Source of the DNA: Octopus sinensis
Taxonomy: Eukaryota
NCBI RefSeq assembly: GCF_006345805.1
Contig: NW_021832931.1
Span: 1 to 33,414, forward strand
Length of the DNA: 33,414 bases
Direction: 5' to 3'
The notes under the pieces: model-generated
Told to the model about the DNA's origin: nothing
Seen by the model: the letters and a program-made list of their open reading frames with translations, nothing else
Database searches by the model: none
Translations under genes and position numbers: made by a program
Shown: positions 1 to 9,539 of the stretch, piece after piece
Position numbering within the stretch: the first letter of the stretch is position 1
Layout of the letters: each line of letters starts with the position of its first letter

Positions 1-703
1 TAAATGAAAGCAGTTTTTGTTTGGAAATAAGGAGGTTATATGTTTACTTAATGTTGAAAATTAAACTTTTTAAAACAGTTGAGGGTGGAGGCATAATTTG
101 AAATTTTATATAAAATAATCTTTCATTGGTTTTATTGCTGAATTTGTTTGTCTCTAAATTTAAATATCCAGAAAATTAACACTGCCAAGGTCAGTCCAAG
201 CTATGATTCTTAAGCCTATTTCTCAGAATAATTCTGGTTCGTGGCTGTTCATATTACAGGAGACTATAAGAACATCGTATCTGTTTAAACCGTTTCATAA
301 GATAGGAAATATTTTCTGCAGAAGATCCAGAATATTAATTCCGATAACTTCGCATATTTCGTCCTATCGTGGAATCCTACAGAATGATCGAGAAATGCAT
401 TTTTTTTTCTTTGCTTTTTGTTATTTCCTTGCATTAATAATGATCATACAATCCGTTTAACTAATTGGTACGATATTGTAAGCAAAAGTTAAGAATTTGC
501 TGTCAAGTGTTTTAGTTATAGGAAGATAGAAGCCTGTAATATTGTGCTGCATACATTTGTGCTCTATGATAGACGTACCGCTGTTCAGTAATGAAGAAAT
601 AATTTGATTTTCTTCTTTAAGCACACTGACATCTAGAAACTATATGTATCTCCTTTAACTGCCATATAGAGTTAATAACGCCACCAGAACATCTTACCAG
701 CAA

Positions 704-922
704 GGCGGCGAGCTGGCAGAATCGTTAGCACGCCGGGCGAAATGTTTAGCGGTATTTCGTCTGCCTTTACGTTCTGAGTTCAAATTCCGCCGAGGTCGAC
801 TTTGCCTTTCATCCTTTCGGGGTCGATAAATTAAGTACCAGTTGCGCACTGGGGACGATCTAATCGATTTACCCTTACTCCCTCCACCCGAAATTGCTGG
901 CCTTGTGCCAAAATTTGAAAAG
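704..922 (+). mobile_element. tRNA-derived SINE family 1, tail type A, near full length
   Basis: Head GGCGGCGAGCTGGCAGAATCGTTAGCACGCCGGGCGAAAT (A-box-like), GTTCTGAGTTCAAATTCC (B-box-like), body GTCGACTTTGCCTTTCATCCTTTCGGGGTCGATAAATTAAGTACCAG, tail GGCCTTGTGCCAAAATTTGAAA. The same sequence recurs more than 10 times in the window. Confidence 0.9.
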
Positions 923-1402
923 ATGAAAGGCAAAGTCGACCTCGGCGGAATTTCAACTCAGAACGTAACGGCAGGCGAAATACCTATTTCTTTACTACAC
1001 ACAAGGGGCTAAACACAGAGAGGACAAACAAGGACAGACAAACGGATTAAGTCGATTATATCGACCCCTGAGCGTAACTGGTACTTAATTTATCGACCCC
1101 GAAAGGATGAAAGGCAAAGTCGACCTCGGCGGAATTTGAACTCAGAACGTAACAGCAGACGAAATGCCTATTTTTTTACTACCCACAAGGGGCTAAACAC
1201 GGAGAGGACAAACAAGGACAGACAAACGGATTAAGTCGATTATATCGACCTCAGTGCGTAACTGGTACTTAATTTATCGACCCCGAAAGGATGAAAGGCG
1301 AAGTCGACTTCGGCAGAATTTGAACTCTGAACTTATCGACAGACGAAATATCGCTAAGCATTTCGCCCGGTGTGCTAACGATTCTGCCAGCTCGCTGCCC
1401 TT
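922..1402 (-). mobile_element. Head-to-tail array of SINE family 1, tail type B: one headed unit, one 184-bp headless unit and one partial unit
   Basis: Minus strand: head at 1402, unit 1 ends at 1168, unit 2 is 1167-984, partial unit 3 is 983-922. Both junctions read ...AAATAG|GYATTTCG. Confidence 0.9.
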
Positions 1403-1719
1403 GTATATCAGCTAATACATTGGTTGAGTTGTTTTTCTTTTTCTCAGTCGCTAAATTTCTTTCGTAGTTTTTGCAGAGTTGACAAAATCTTGTAATTTGT
1501 TGACTTGCTAAATTGATTGGGTTACAAACCTAAAAGAGAATTAATTAAATAAATAAATGAACTACTAAATACACAATTTAAGAAAGGAACCTGTAATGAA
1601 GAAGTTAAGAGAATTTACGTATTTTCGTGTGTGCATATATTCTTACGAATGTTTGCTTGTAAAATAACGTCACACATCGACCCAGGCACATATCTAGGTA
1701 AATGTATGTGTACGTTTGT

Positions 1720-1945
1720 ATATATGTATAAATATATACATACACACACACACACATACATGTATATAATATTTATGCTTATATGCATATGTATATGCAC
1801 ACACATATATGTGTGTATATGTGTGTGCATACATATATATATATATACAATTTATATATATATTATATATATATATATATAAATATATATTATATATATA
1901 TATTATATATATATATAATATACGTGCACATAAAAGTACACACAT
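1720..1945. repeat. Compound (TA)n/(CA)n/(TG)n microsatellite
   Basis: Visible dinucleotide runs. Confidence 0.95.
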
Positions 1946-2280
1946 ACAACATAAGCATTCAAGAAAGTTTCATGAATTATTTGTTTTGCTGTCATTTCTT
2001 CCAATTACGTTGCAGTGATTCTTCCAAACGCTCAACTGTAATAAAGTAACTACAGCTCAGTTTAAATTAAAATAGGTTCCCTTTTTCTAAAGAACAAATT
2101 GCCAAACATTGCTATTGTTTAATCTTCTGTTAAATAAACAATTAACTCTGCCAAGTAACGGAGGTCGTCTATTTGGGAAAGAAAGCATTAACAATATACT
2201 CGTGTAATAGTAAGCATGGTGACGTGCAGAAGACCAAAAGGAACGAGAAAGAGATATGCAAATGTATATTTATATTTGGT

Positions 2281-2653
2281 GGCACTCGGTCGGTTACGAC
2301 GACGAAGGTTCCAGTTGATCCGATCAACGGAACAGCCTGCTCGTGAAATTAACGTGCAAGTGACTGAGCACTCCACAGACATGTGTATACCCCTAACATA
2401 GTTCTCGGGGAGATTCAACGTGACACAGAGTCTGACAAGGTTGGCCTTTCGAAATACAGGTACAACAGAAACAGGAAGAATGAGTGAGAGAAAGATACTG
2501 GTAAAAGGGTTCGCCGCCACCCTCTGCCAGAGCCTCATGGAGCTTTTAGGTGTTTTCGCTCAATAAACACTCACAACCCCCGGTATGGGAATCGAAACCG
2601 CGATCCTACGACCGCGAGTCCGCTGCCTTATCCACTGAGCCATTGTGCCTCCA
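2281..2653 (-). mobile_element. tRNA-derived SINE family 3 (head H, middle M1, tail T1)
   Basis: Reverse complement starts TGGAGGCACAATGGCTCAGTGGATAAGGCAGCGGACTCGCGGTCGTAGGATCGCGGTTTCGATTCCC (tRNA-like, A and B boxes). It is flanked by a candidate TSD ATGTATATTTATAT at 2262-2275 and 2657-2670. Confidence 0.85.
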
Positions 2654-2689
2654 AATATGTATATTTATATATATGAGGTATACATATAT

Positions 2690-2878
2690 TCTTTTATTCT
2701 TTTAATCTTTTACTTGTTTCAGTGACTTGACTGCGGCCATGTTGCAGCACCACCTCGAAGGGTTTTAGCCGAACCAATCGACGCCAGGGCTTATTTGTTA
2801 AGCCTAGTACTCATTCTATCGGTTTCTTATGTCAAACCGCTATGTTACGGAAATGTAAACACACCAATACCAGTTCTC
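2690..2878 (-). mobile_element. 3' half of SINE family 2, diverged
   Basis: Reverse complement matches the tail of the full copies at 10227-10573 and 19459-19884 (GTAAC.TAGCGGTT.G ... GACTGAAACAAGTAAAAGA). Confidence 0.8.
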
Positions 2879-2891
2879 AATAATAATAATA

Positions 2892-2944
<53 letters not shown>
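2879..2944. repeat. (AAT)n microsatellite
   Basis: Direct reading. Confidence 0.95.
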
Positions 2945-3330
2945 GTGCCTGGTTCTTTTCACAAATGTGATCAGACAGATAAACACTACCCCTCCATCTC
3001 AGTCAAAAATGCTAACTAGCCTTTATATTTGAAGTACGAACCCTGTCAAAATAACCTTTGTCCATCGTCCGTTATGAGATGAATAAATTACCTTGAAATT
3101 TGCTCTCGGCTGGGTTAGATTCATTTGACTGTATCGCTCCTCAACATCGCAATACATCCTTGAGCCTCGTTATAAAAACTTCGATCGATAGGCGACTCAA
3201 AAACATCTTGATCCACATGTTTTCCTTCCTGCCATACCAATCATGAAGTCAGTTCCAGTGTCGCCATATTAAGTATATTGAGAACTGATATGCTTGTTAC
3301 TTGCACAGTACACAAAGTGTTATCTTTTAG

Positions 3331-3398
3331 CAAAAGGTGCTGAGGTTACAGAAGCAAACTGGATCAAGCAGATCTCCCAAAGGGAATAGAAGACTGAG
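3331..3398 (+). other. Candidate 68-nt spliced exon (host gene unknown)
   Basis: TTATCTTTTAG acceptor at 3320-3330 and GAG|GTAAGC donor at 3399 in non-repetitive sequence. One frame is open (QKVLRLQKQTGSSRSPKGNRRL). No homology recognised. Confidence 0.25.
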
Positions 3399-3587
3399 GT
3401 AAGCAGAGAGAAAGAAGCAGTAGGTTGTAACGGAACGAAGACTGATGGAGTAGCGTCTAGATTCTAAAGTCGATATTGTAAGGTCGATTGCATATAAAGC
3501 AAGGTGTAAACCTTCCAGTGTTATCTAAATGTAATTTCTGACGAACATCGAGTGATTAAATGACTACACGATGTGATCGATAGCTTC

Positions 3588-3622
3588 TATATATATATAT
3601 GTATACATGCATATGTAAATAT

Positions 3623-3656
<34 letters not shown>

Positions 3657-4122
3657 GATATATATAATATATAATATATATATATATTACGTGTGTGTGT
3701 GTGTTCGTGTGTGTGTGTATAATATAATTATATACCTATCTACATATACACATGCATATATACATATATACAAATAAACATATATAATATTTATAATTAT
3801 ATATATATGTATGTATATACATATATGCATGCACGCACATGCAAATACCTGTGCTGTATCAGTCATGGGCGCCCACATCGAAACGTCTAATCTACGAACA
3901 CAGGACATACGCGCATTTGCGTGCTCCTGAGTATATGTAAGTGGATGTATGTTTGCAAGCGTGCTTGTGTGTATTTGTGTGTGTGTGGGAGAGAGAGAGA
4001 GAGAAAAAGGGAAAGAGAAAGAGAGAGAGAGAGACTGTGTGCTTTATTTAGCTTTATCTGTTTTTAAGCAGATATAAAAGGTGAGTTTAAATGGCTCTAA
4101 GATACAAGAGCCACACACACTC

Positions 4123-4156
<34 letters not shown>

Positions 4157-4235
4157 GTATATATATATATTATATATATATGTATATATATAATATATAT
4201 ATATATTATATATACATATATAATAAATATATACA

Positions 4236-4309
<74 letters not shown>

Positions 4310-4534
4310 TATATACTAATATAAAATCGTGTGTGTGTGTGTGTGTGTGTGCATGTTGGAGTTAGGGCTAAGTTTTCAAGCGTTTATTGAACGATATCCC
4401 TCGAATTTATTTGGCTTAGTACGAATTTATCGATCTGTATTTATCGAATCGTGTACGCGATCTGAAATGACATTGGATTTTACATAAACACGCACACGCA
4501 CACACACACGTATATTATATATATATATATAGAA

Positions 4535-4568
<34 letters not shown>

Positions 4569-4644
4569 CCAGACAGACAGACAGAGTGAGTGAGATACAT
4601 ACATACACATGTAAGCACACACAGACACATAGACACATATGTGT

Positions 4645-4725
<81 letters not shown>

Positions 4726-4728
4726 GAC

Positions 4729-4760
<32 letters not shown>

Positions 4761-4800
4761 ACTGTCTGTGTGTGTGTATATTCGTGTGTATGTGCGTTTG
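3588..4800. repeat. Cluster of compound microsatellites (TA, TG, GA, GACA, CA)
   Basis: Blocks at about 3588-3840, 3968-4035, 4115-4350 and 4488-4800. Confidence 0.95.
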
Positions 4801-5632
4801 TCCCCACTCCTTCGCTTGACAACCAATGCTGGTGTGTTTACGTTAATGAAGACGGGTTATCTCCTCTGAATCAGAGCGAAAAAAAAAAACCCGAAGAGGC
4901 CTAACAAGCAAACGAGGCGATCCAATTTTCCAGTAAGTAGCGCTTGACGTGGGTACATTTAGAAAACACTTCTTTATGCCTGTTTAATGCGCGAGGTTTC
5001 TTACAGTCCTTAAGAATTTTGGCTCTCTCCTCGATGCAGATCTTGCAACGGCCACTTCTATTAATATACGGGCCAGGATGATCAATTATGTTCCACATGA
5101 TATCACACAGAGTTTGTTGATCTTTGAGGTGCCATATATGGCAGGCTAGGGACGTGTCAAACCGTCTTTCTGGGACTCTGAATGATGACTGGTAGTTAAG
5201 AAAACGTTGCTTGAACGAAGTACTCGCAGAACCAATATATTTACACACATGGGATGTGACCTTATTTGCACTCCTGGTAACATATGGCGCAGGGTTGGTC
5301 ATCTCATCGGTGTCGAAGACAAATATTTGGTCATCTTCTGAGGTGGCGGAACTGGAAACGGCGGATACCTCCTCCAAGTCGCTGGTCCTGGATCGGTCAT
5401 TATTTGTACAGGTGGTAACATACATTGCGGGCCTGGTCACTCTATCTGATTTGTTCATTATCCGTGGCGGTGGTACAGGGGTCTTCGGTGACGCTTTCTG
5501 TGAAGCTGGTCCCGGACTGGTTATTATCTCTGGGCGTGGCAACTGTATTGGCGTGAGAACTGGTTACTCTGCTAATAATAAATAATGTTGGTTTGTTTTT
5601 GCCCATGTAACTTAGCGGCTCGGCAAAAGAGA
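4795..5632 (+). mobile_element. SINE family 2 tail split in two (4795-4839 and 5584-5632) by the GIY-YIG insert
   Basis: GTTTGTCCCC..CGCTTGACAACC.ATGCTGGTGTGTTT on the left continues as ...GTAACTTAGCGGCTCGGCAAAAGAG on the right. A 15-bp imperfect duplication flanks the insert: AATGCTGGTGTGTTT (4825-4839) and AATGTTGGTTTGTTT (5584-5598). Confidence 0.65.
4901..5542 (-). CDS. GIY-YIG endonuclease domain of Penelope-like retroelement type (C-terminal EN style), preceded in frame by a Pro/Ser/Thr-rich segment; no RT; no ATG (TTG start or an exon after a CAG acceptor)
   Basis: KYIGSAST-SFKQRFLNYQSSF...TSLACHIWHLKD...WNII...PY...CKICIEER..IL...LNRHKEVFSKCTHVKRYLL matches the pattern YIG.T..FK.R...H..SF...T.LS.hIW.LK...W.I...C.lC..Ek...LNkr.E....CrH seen in PLE endonucleases. 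There are 213 uninterrupted codons, GC-richer than the flanks. Confidence 0.8.
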   Translation of the reverse strand: MPRPEIITSPGPASQKASPKTPVPPPRIMNKSDRVTRPAMYVTTCTNNDRSRTSDLEEVSAVSSSATSEDDQIFVFDTDEMTNPAPYVTRSANKVTSHVCKYIGSASTSFKQRFLNYQSSFRVPERRFDTSLACHIWHLKDQQTLCDIMWNIIDHPGPYINRSGRCKICIEERAKILKDCKKPRALNRHKEVFSKCTHVKRYLLENWIASFAC

Positions 5633-5722
5633 ATGAGTACATGATACTACGTTTTTATGTTAAGACGTATTCCACAAGTTCTTCACGTCTGCAACGTTGA
5701 TATTTTAAATTTTGTATTTATA

Positions 5723-5790
5723 TATAGTCTGACGAGCTGTGGAATCGAAACCTTCGATAACTCTCTGCCCAAGATATAAAATTTTTGTTG
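5723..5790 (+). ncRNA. Degenerate hammerhead-like motif followed by a short tail into (TA)n
   Basis: AGT-CTGACGA(5729-5735)-G..C-GAAAC(5747-5751)-...ATA-ACT. The core is canonical, but stems II and III are poorly paired. Confidence 0.3.
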
Positions 5791-6174
5791 TAATATATAT
5801 AATATATATATATATAAATAGAGAGAGAGAGAGAGTGGGGGAGAGGGGGAAGAGAGAGAGACAGGCAGACAGAAAGATAGACAGACAGACAGATGTGCAT
5901 ATAAAGATGCATGCATGCATATTTATATACCTATATATATTTAATGTATATTTAATACAAACACTAACATACATGTCTGTTCGTGTTTGTACATATGTAT
6001 ATAAAAATGCCTGGATAGATCATAAATTGATAGACAAGAGGTTATAGATATAACTACACATATATATTTCTGTATAGGTGATCGTATTATTGAGAAACAA
6101 CAAAATATTTACTGTTGGTGAGACACTATGCCTTTAATAAGGTGCAGTTTATTGATAATATTGGAATTGATCGG

Positions 6175-6316
6175 CTTTACGTTCTGAATTCAAATTCCGT
6201 CGAAGTCGACTTTGCCTTTCATCCTTTCGGGGTCGATAAATTAAGTACCAGCTGCGAACTGGGGTCGATCTGCCCCCTCCCCAAAAATTTCAGGCCTTGT
6301 GCCTAGAGTAGAAAAG
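6175..6316 (+). mobile_element. 5'-truncated SINE family 1, tail A, with a 17-18 bp TSD
   Basis: Flanked by AATATTGGAATTGATCGG (6157-6174) and AATATTGGATTGATCGG (6317-6333). Confidence 0.9.
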
Positions 6317-6530
6317 AATATTGGATTGATCGGTGGTTTCTGTTTCACCTTTAACGTCTTATTCATCCAGTGTAGAATTTAAACAATACACTCTCCCCTT
6401 ATATGCAAATATCAGGTAACTGATGTATTTCTATAACGTGAGTTTATTGCTTAGCATTTTACCTGGTTCAAAAAATCGTTAACAGCGAAAGTGCACGTCA
6501 CCGAGAATTCAATATTGTGTATAGATATAT

Positions 6531-6820
6531 CACGTGATCACGTGATCGACCAGACCATCAGATGTTGCTACACGCCGCTGGTCACAATGCGTTCGCATTG
6601 TTTTAGCCTTCGAATGACGCCACCCCGGTGGCTAAGCGAGCAGGCCAACAGAAGAAAGAGTGAGAGAAAGAGTGGTGAAGGAGTACAGCAGGGATCACCA
6701 CCCCCAGCCGGGGACTCGTGGAGCTATTAGGTGTTTTCGCTCAATAAACACTCACAACGCCCGGTCTGGGAATAGAAACCGCGAGTCCGCTGCCCTAACC
6801 ACTGGGCCATTGCGCCTCCA
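6531..6820 (-). mobile_element. SINE family 3 (head H, middle M1, tail T2)
   Basis: Same head and middle as 2281-2653 but a different tail, ending in ATCACGTGATCACGTG. TSD GTATAGATATAT/GTATAGATCTAT at 6519-6530 and 6822-6833. The head has a 14-bp deletion between two ACCGCGA repeats. Confidence 0.85.
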
Positions 6821-7006
6821 CGTATAGATCTATATTGCGTATGAATATATAAAAATAATGAAGTTGATTCTCGGTTCACATTTTGTATTAATTGCAATGG
6901 TGTAAGAATAAAAAATTAAATGCTATTGTCAATGTAGAATGGCGTAGGTTATAAGCAAAGCTGATGGTACATGAGTCACTCTTCGGAGTTTCCCGTTCGC
7001 GTACGG

Positions 7007-7170
7007 ACATACATACATACATACATACATACATACATACATACATACATACATACATACACACATGCACACGCACACGCATAGGCGCAGGTCAAGAAGT
7101 TCGCATTGGAACTATACGGTTCCGGGTCCTCCTTGGGCAGATGTCTTCTACAATATGTGTGTGTGTATGC

Positions 7171-7209
<39 letters not shown>

Positions 7210-7347
7210 AGGATGGCTGGATGTATTATTGTCGCACTCGCTACCGACCGGTGCTGGTTGTTTTTGCCCATATAACTTAGCGTTTATATATATATATATA
7301 TATTATATATATATAGATATATATATATATCTATATATATATATATT

Positions 7348-7384
<37 letters not shown>

Positions 7385-7425
7385 GGGGGATTTGTGTATG
7401 TATATATATATATATATATATATTT
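7007..7425. repeat. (CATA)n, (TG)n, (TA)n and (GA)n blocks enclosing a decayed SINE family 2 copy (about 7083-7283)
   Basis: AGGCGCAGG..AAGAAGTT.GC..GGTTCCGGGT..CCTTGGGCAGATGTCTTCTAC head remnant, then (TG)n, then a TAACTTAGCG tail remnant. Confidence 0.75.
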
Positions 7426-7640
7426 GTCAATTACTAGTGTCTCAATTACACTGGTCAACAATTTTTGAAAAGTTGTCTGCTTCTTAAATGATATTAGTTT
7501 ATTCTTAAGCATTTTTATGCACTGAATCCAAATATCACCTTGAAAACTGCTTATTGGCTATAAATTAAAAAGATAAGCGGCATGTAATATTCAATCATTT
7601 TTTTAGAACGTACAGTATGTGTCATTACATGTTTTAGACT

Positions 7641-8810
7641 CTAGTCCATAGCAACTTTCTTCCTTTTTACTTCACGCTTATAGTGGGCTGAAGAATCATC
7701 TCTTGCCAATGTCCAGCAATAGTCTGCAAGCATTGTTGTGCTCCGTTTACCGTGGTACCGCTTTTCCATGGTTGAAATATCTTGGTGAAACCTTTCACCA
7801 TGTTCGTCACGAACTGTCCCACAGTTCTCTGGAAAAAAATCTAAATATGAGTCCAAAAAGTAGATTTTAAGGGATATGTTACATTCCGTGTTCTTGTAAG
7901 CCTTAATGAGGTTTTCCACCAATTCTTTATAGTTTCTTTCCCTTCTGCTTCCGAGAAATTCCTTCGCTACTAACTTGAATGCTTACGAGACAGCTTCCTC
8001 CTCCTCATGAAGGGTTGATTCAAAGTCACAATTTTTAAGAATCTTCCGAATCTGAGGACCAATAAAAACTCCCGCTTTTATATTACCATCGCTCAGAATG
8101 GGGAATTTTGATGTTAAATACTTGATTCTCTGACCAAGTGTGTCCATAGTTTTTACAAAGATTTTCATTAGCCCGTTTTACGTGTAGTGGTGGTAGCAAA
8201 ATTTTGTTTGGTTCTGTGAGAGGTGGATGCTGAACATTTTTCACCCCAGGCTCCAATGATTGATGAGGTGGCCAGTCTCTCCTGATACAGTGGGAACCTC
8301 TTGCACAGCTGTCCCATTCACACAGAAAGCAGCAGTACTTGGTGTATCCACCCTGCAAGCCAATCACAAGAGCAACAACCTTTAAGTCACCACAGAGCTG
8401 CCATTGACGTTCATTATATCTTATGCATAGTGACAGCTATGGGCGAATGGCTGATGGAATGTTTGGATATTCAAAAGACTCCTTTACTCCTTTGACAAGC
8501 TCTTTTGTACTTGGGTTACCATGCAGAAATAACAATTGTGGATATGGTCTGTTGGCTCCCGCCACCTCATTGGCACAGCAAAAGGCATTCCTTTCGTCTT
8601 CCTGTTAAACCATTGGCAAAGGCTTGTAGCACAAGTGTTGCAGCATATGTGAGGAACCAAATCCTTACCCTGGTTACCAATCTTGCATCCCAAATATAGG
8701 TGATATGCCTTTCCAACCATAACAGTTATACGGCGCTTCTGTGATCCAAAGGTCACTCTATCACAAATGTAGCAAAAGTTGTCTGTCTTATTCACACAAG
8801 CACAAGGCAT
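7641..8810 (-). pseudogene. Chapaev3-like transposase pseudogene (frameshifts, stops, internal deletion)
   Basis: MPCACVNKTDNFCYIC...PHICCNTC...WREPTDHIHNCYFC (Chapa-like Zn domain); YPNIPSAIRP*; QWQLCGDLKVVALVIGLQGGYTKYCCFLCEWDS; KILLPPLHVK; GVFIGPQIR; FFPENCGTVRDEHGERFHQDISTMEKRY...MLADYCWTLARD. The motifs are spread over several frames. Confidence 0.85.
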
Positions 8811-9207
8811 CTGAAAGGAGAAAACAACAAACAATTAGAAGATAAACAAAAATTTATTCATAAATTTATCGCTATCATACAGAGCATAACAGCTTAGCAG
8901 AATTATTTATATTATTCAGTAGGAAAATGAAATTAATATAAAATGTCTCACATGCATATGAAAAGCTTGCTCGATGAATATTTATTATAAGTTTCAAAAA
9001 GTGTTTGACGAGGAAAATCACCTACCTTACAACTCAACATGTAAACCTGCACAGCACAACCACCTTCTATTACTGCTGGAACAATACTGAATGGCAGTGA
9101 GACTATGAGTGTGGTAAATAAAACACACATCCACAATCGTGTTGGAATCTGTTGTGATAAGTAAGCGTATCTTCAAAAGCGGAGCTAACAAACAAATTTA
9201 ACCATGA

Positions 9208-9539
9208 CTAGCAGTATCGTCCGGCGTTGCTCGGGTTTGTAAGGGAAATAACTATAAAGCATTTTTAGAGAGTTATAGCCAAAAGATAGCAAAAAATGCA
9301 TTAAAAATGGAAAAAAAATTATGGTAAATTTTTTTTAAATCGTTGACTCATCGTAGACATTTTTAGAGAGTTACTTCCCTTTATTTAAAAATATGCGCTA
9401 ATACCCAGAAGGGCTCGATATGAATCACGACTATAAGATACCCGGTTTTGGTTAATCTGCACCGCAAAATGTGGGAGTAGTTAGGAATCTAAATCGTAGG
9501 AGACAGACACTCACACAACTTCACTTTTATATATATAGA
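9208..9539 (-). mobile_element. Non-autonomous Helitron nested in the transposon 5' subterminal region
   Basis: Minus strand starts TC (TCTATATATATAAAAGTG) and ends with hairpin CCCGAGCAACGCCGGA plus CTAG. It sits between A (9207) and T (9540) with no TSD. Confidence 0.85.

Noticed and set aside
203-460. 85-aa ORF at the window start
   Set aside because: No recognisable motif in any frame; this length is expected by chance.
922-1402. Regularly spaced repeats as a CRISPR array
   Set aside because: The units are wholly repeated 184-bp SINE bodies with no unique spacers, no cas genes, and a eukaryotic context.
2575-2653. tRNA gene (also 6750-6820, 10227-10290, 19459-19530)
   Set aside because: These are tRNA-like A/B-box heads with no proper acceptor-stem closure, continuing into SINE bodies with TSDs.
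4845-4897. Hammerhead ribozyme at the 3' end of the GIY-YIG insert (TGAAGA-CGGG...CCCG-AAGA)
   Set aside because: C3 and G12 cannot both be placed, there is no stem III or cleavage triplet, and it is antisense to the ORF. Kept only as a hairpin.
5211-5585. 124-aa + strand ORF
   Set aside because: It is the antisense shadow of the GIY-YIG reading frame.
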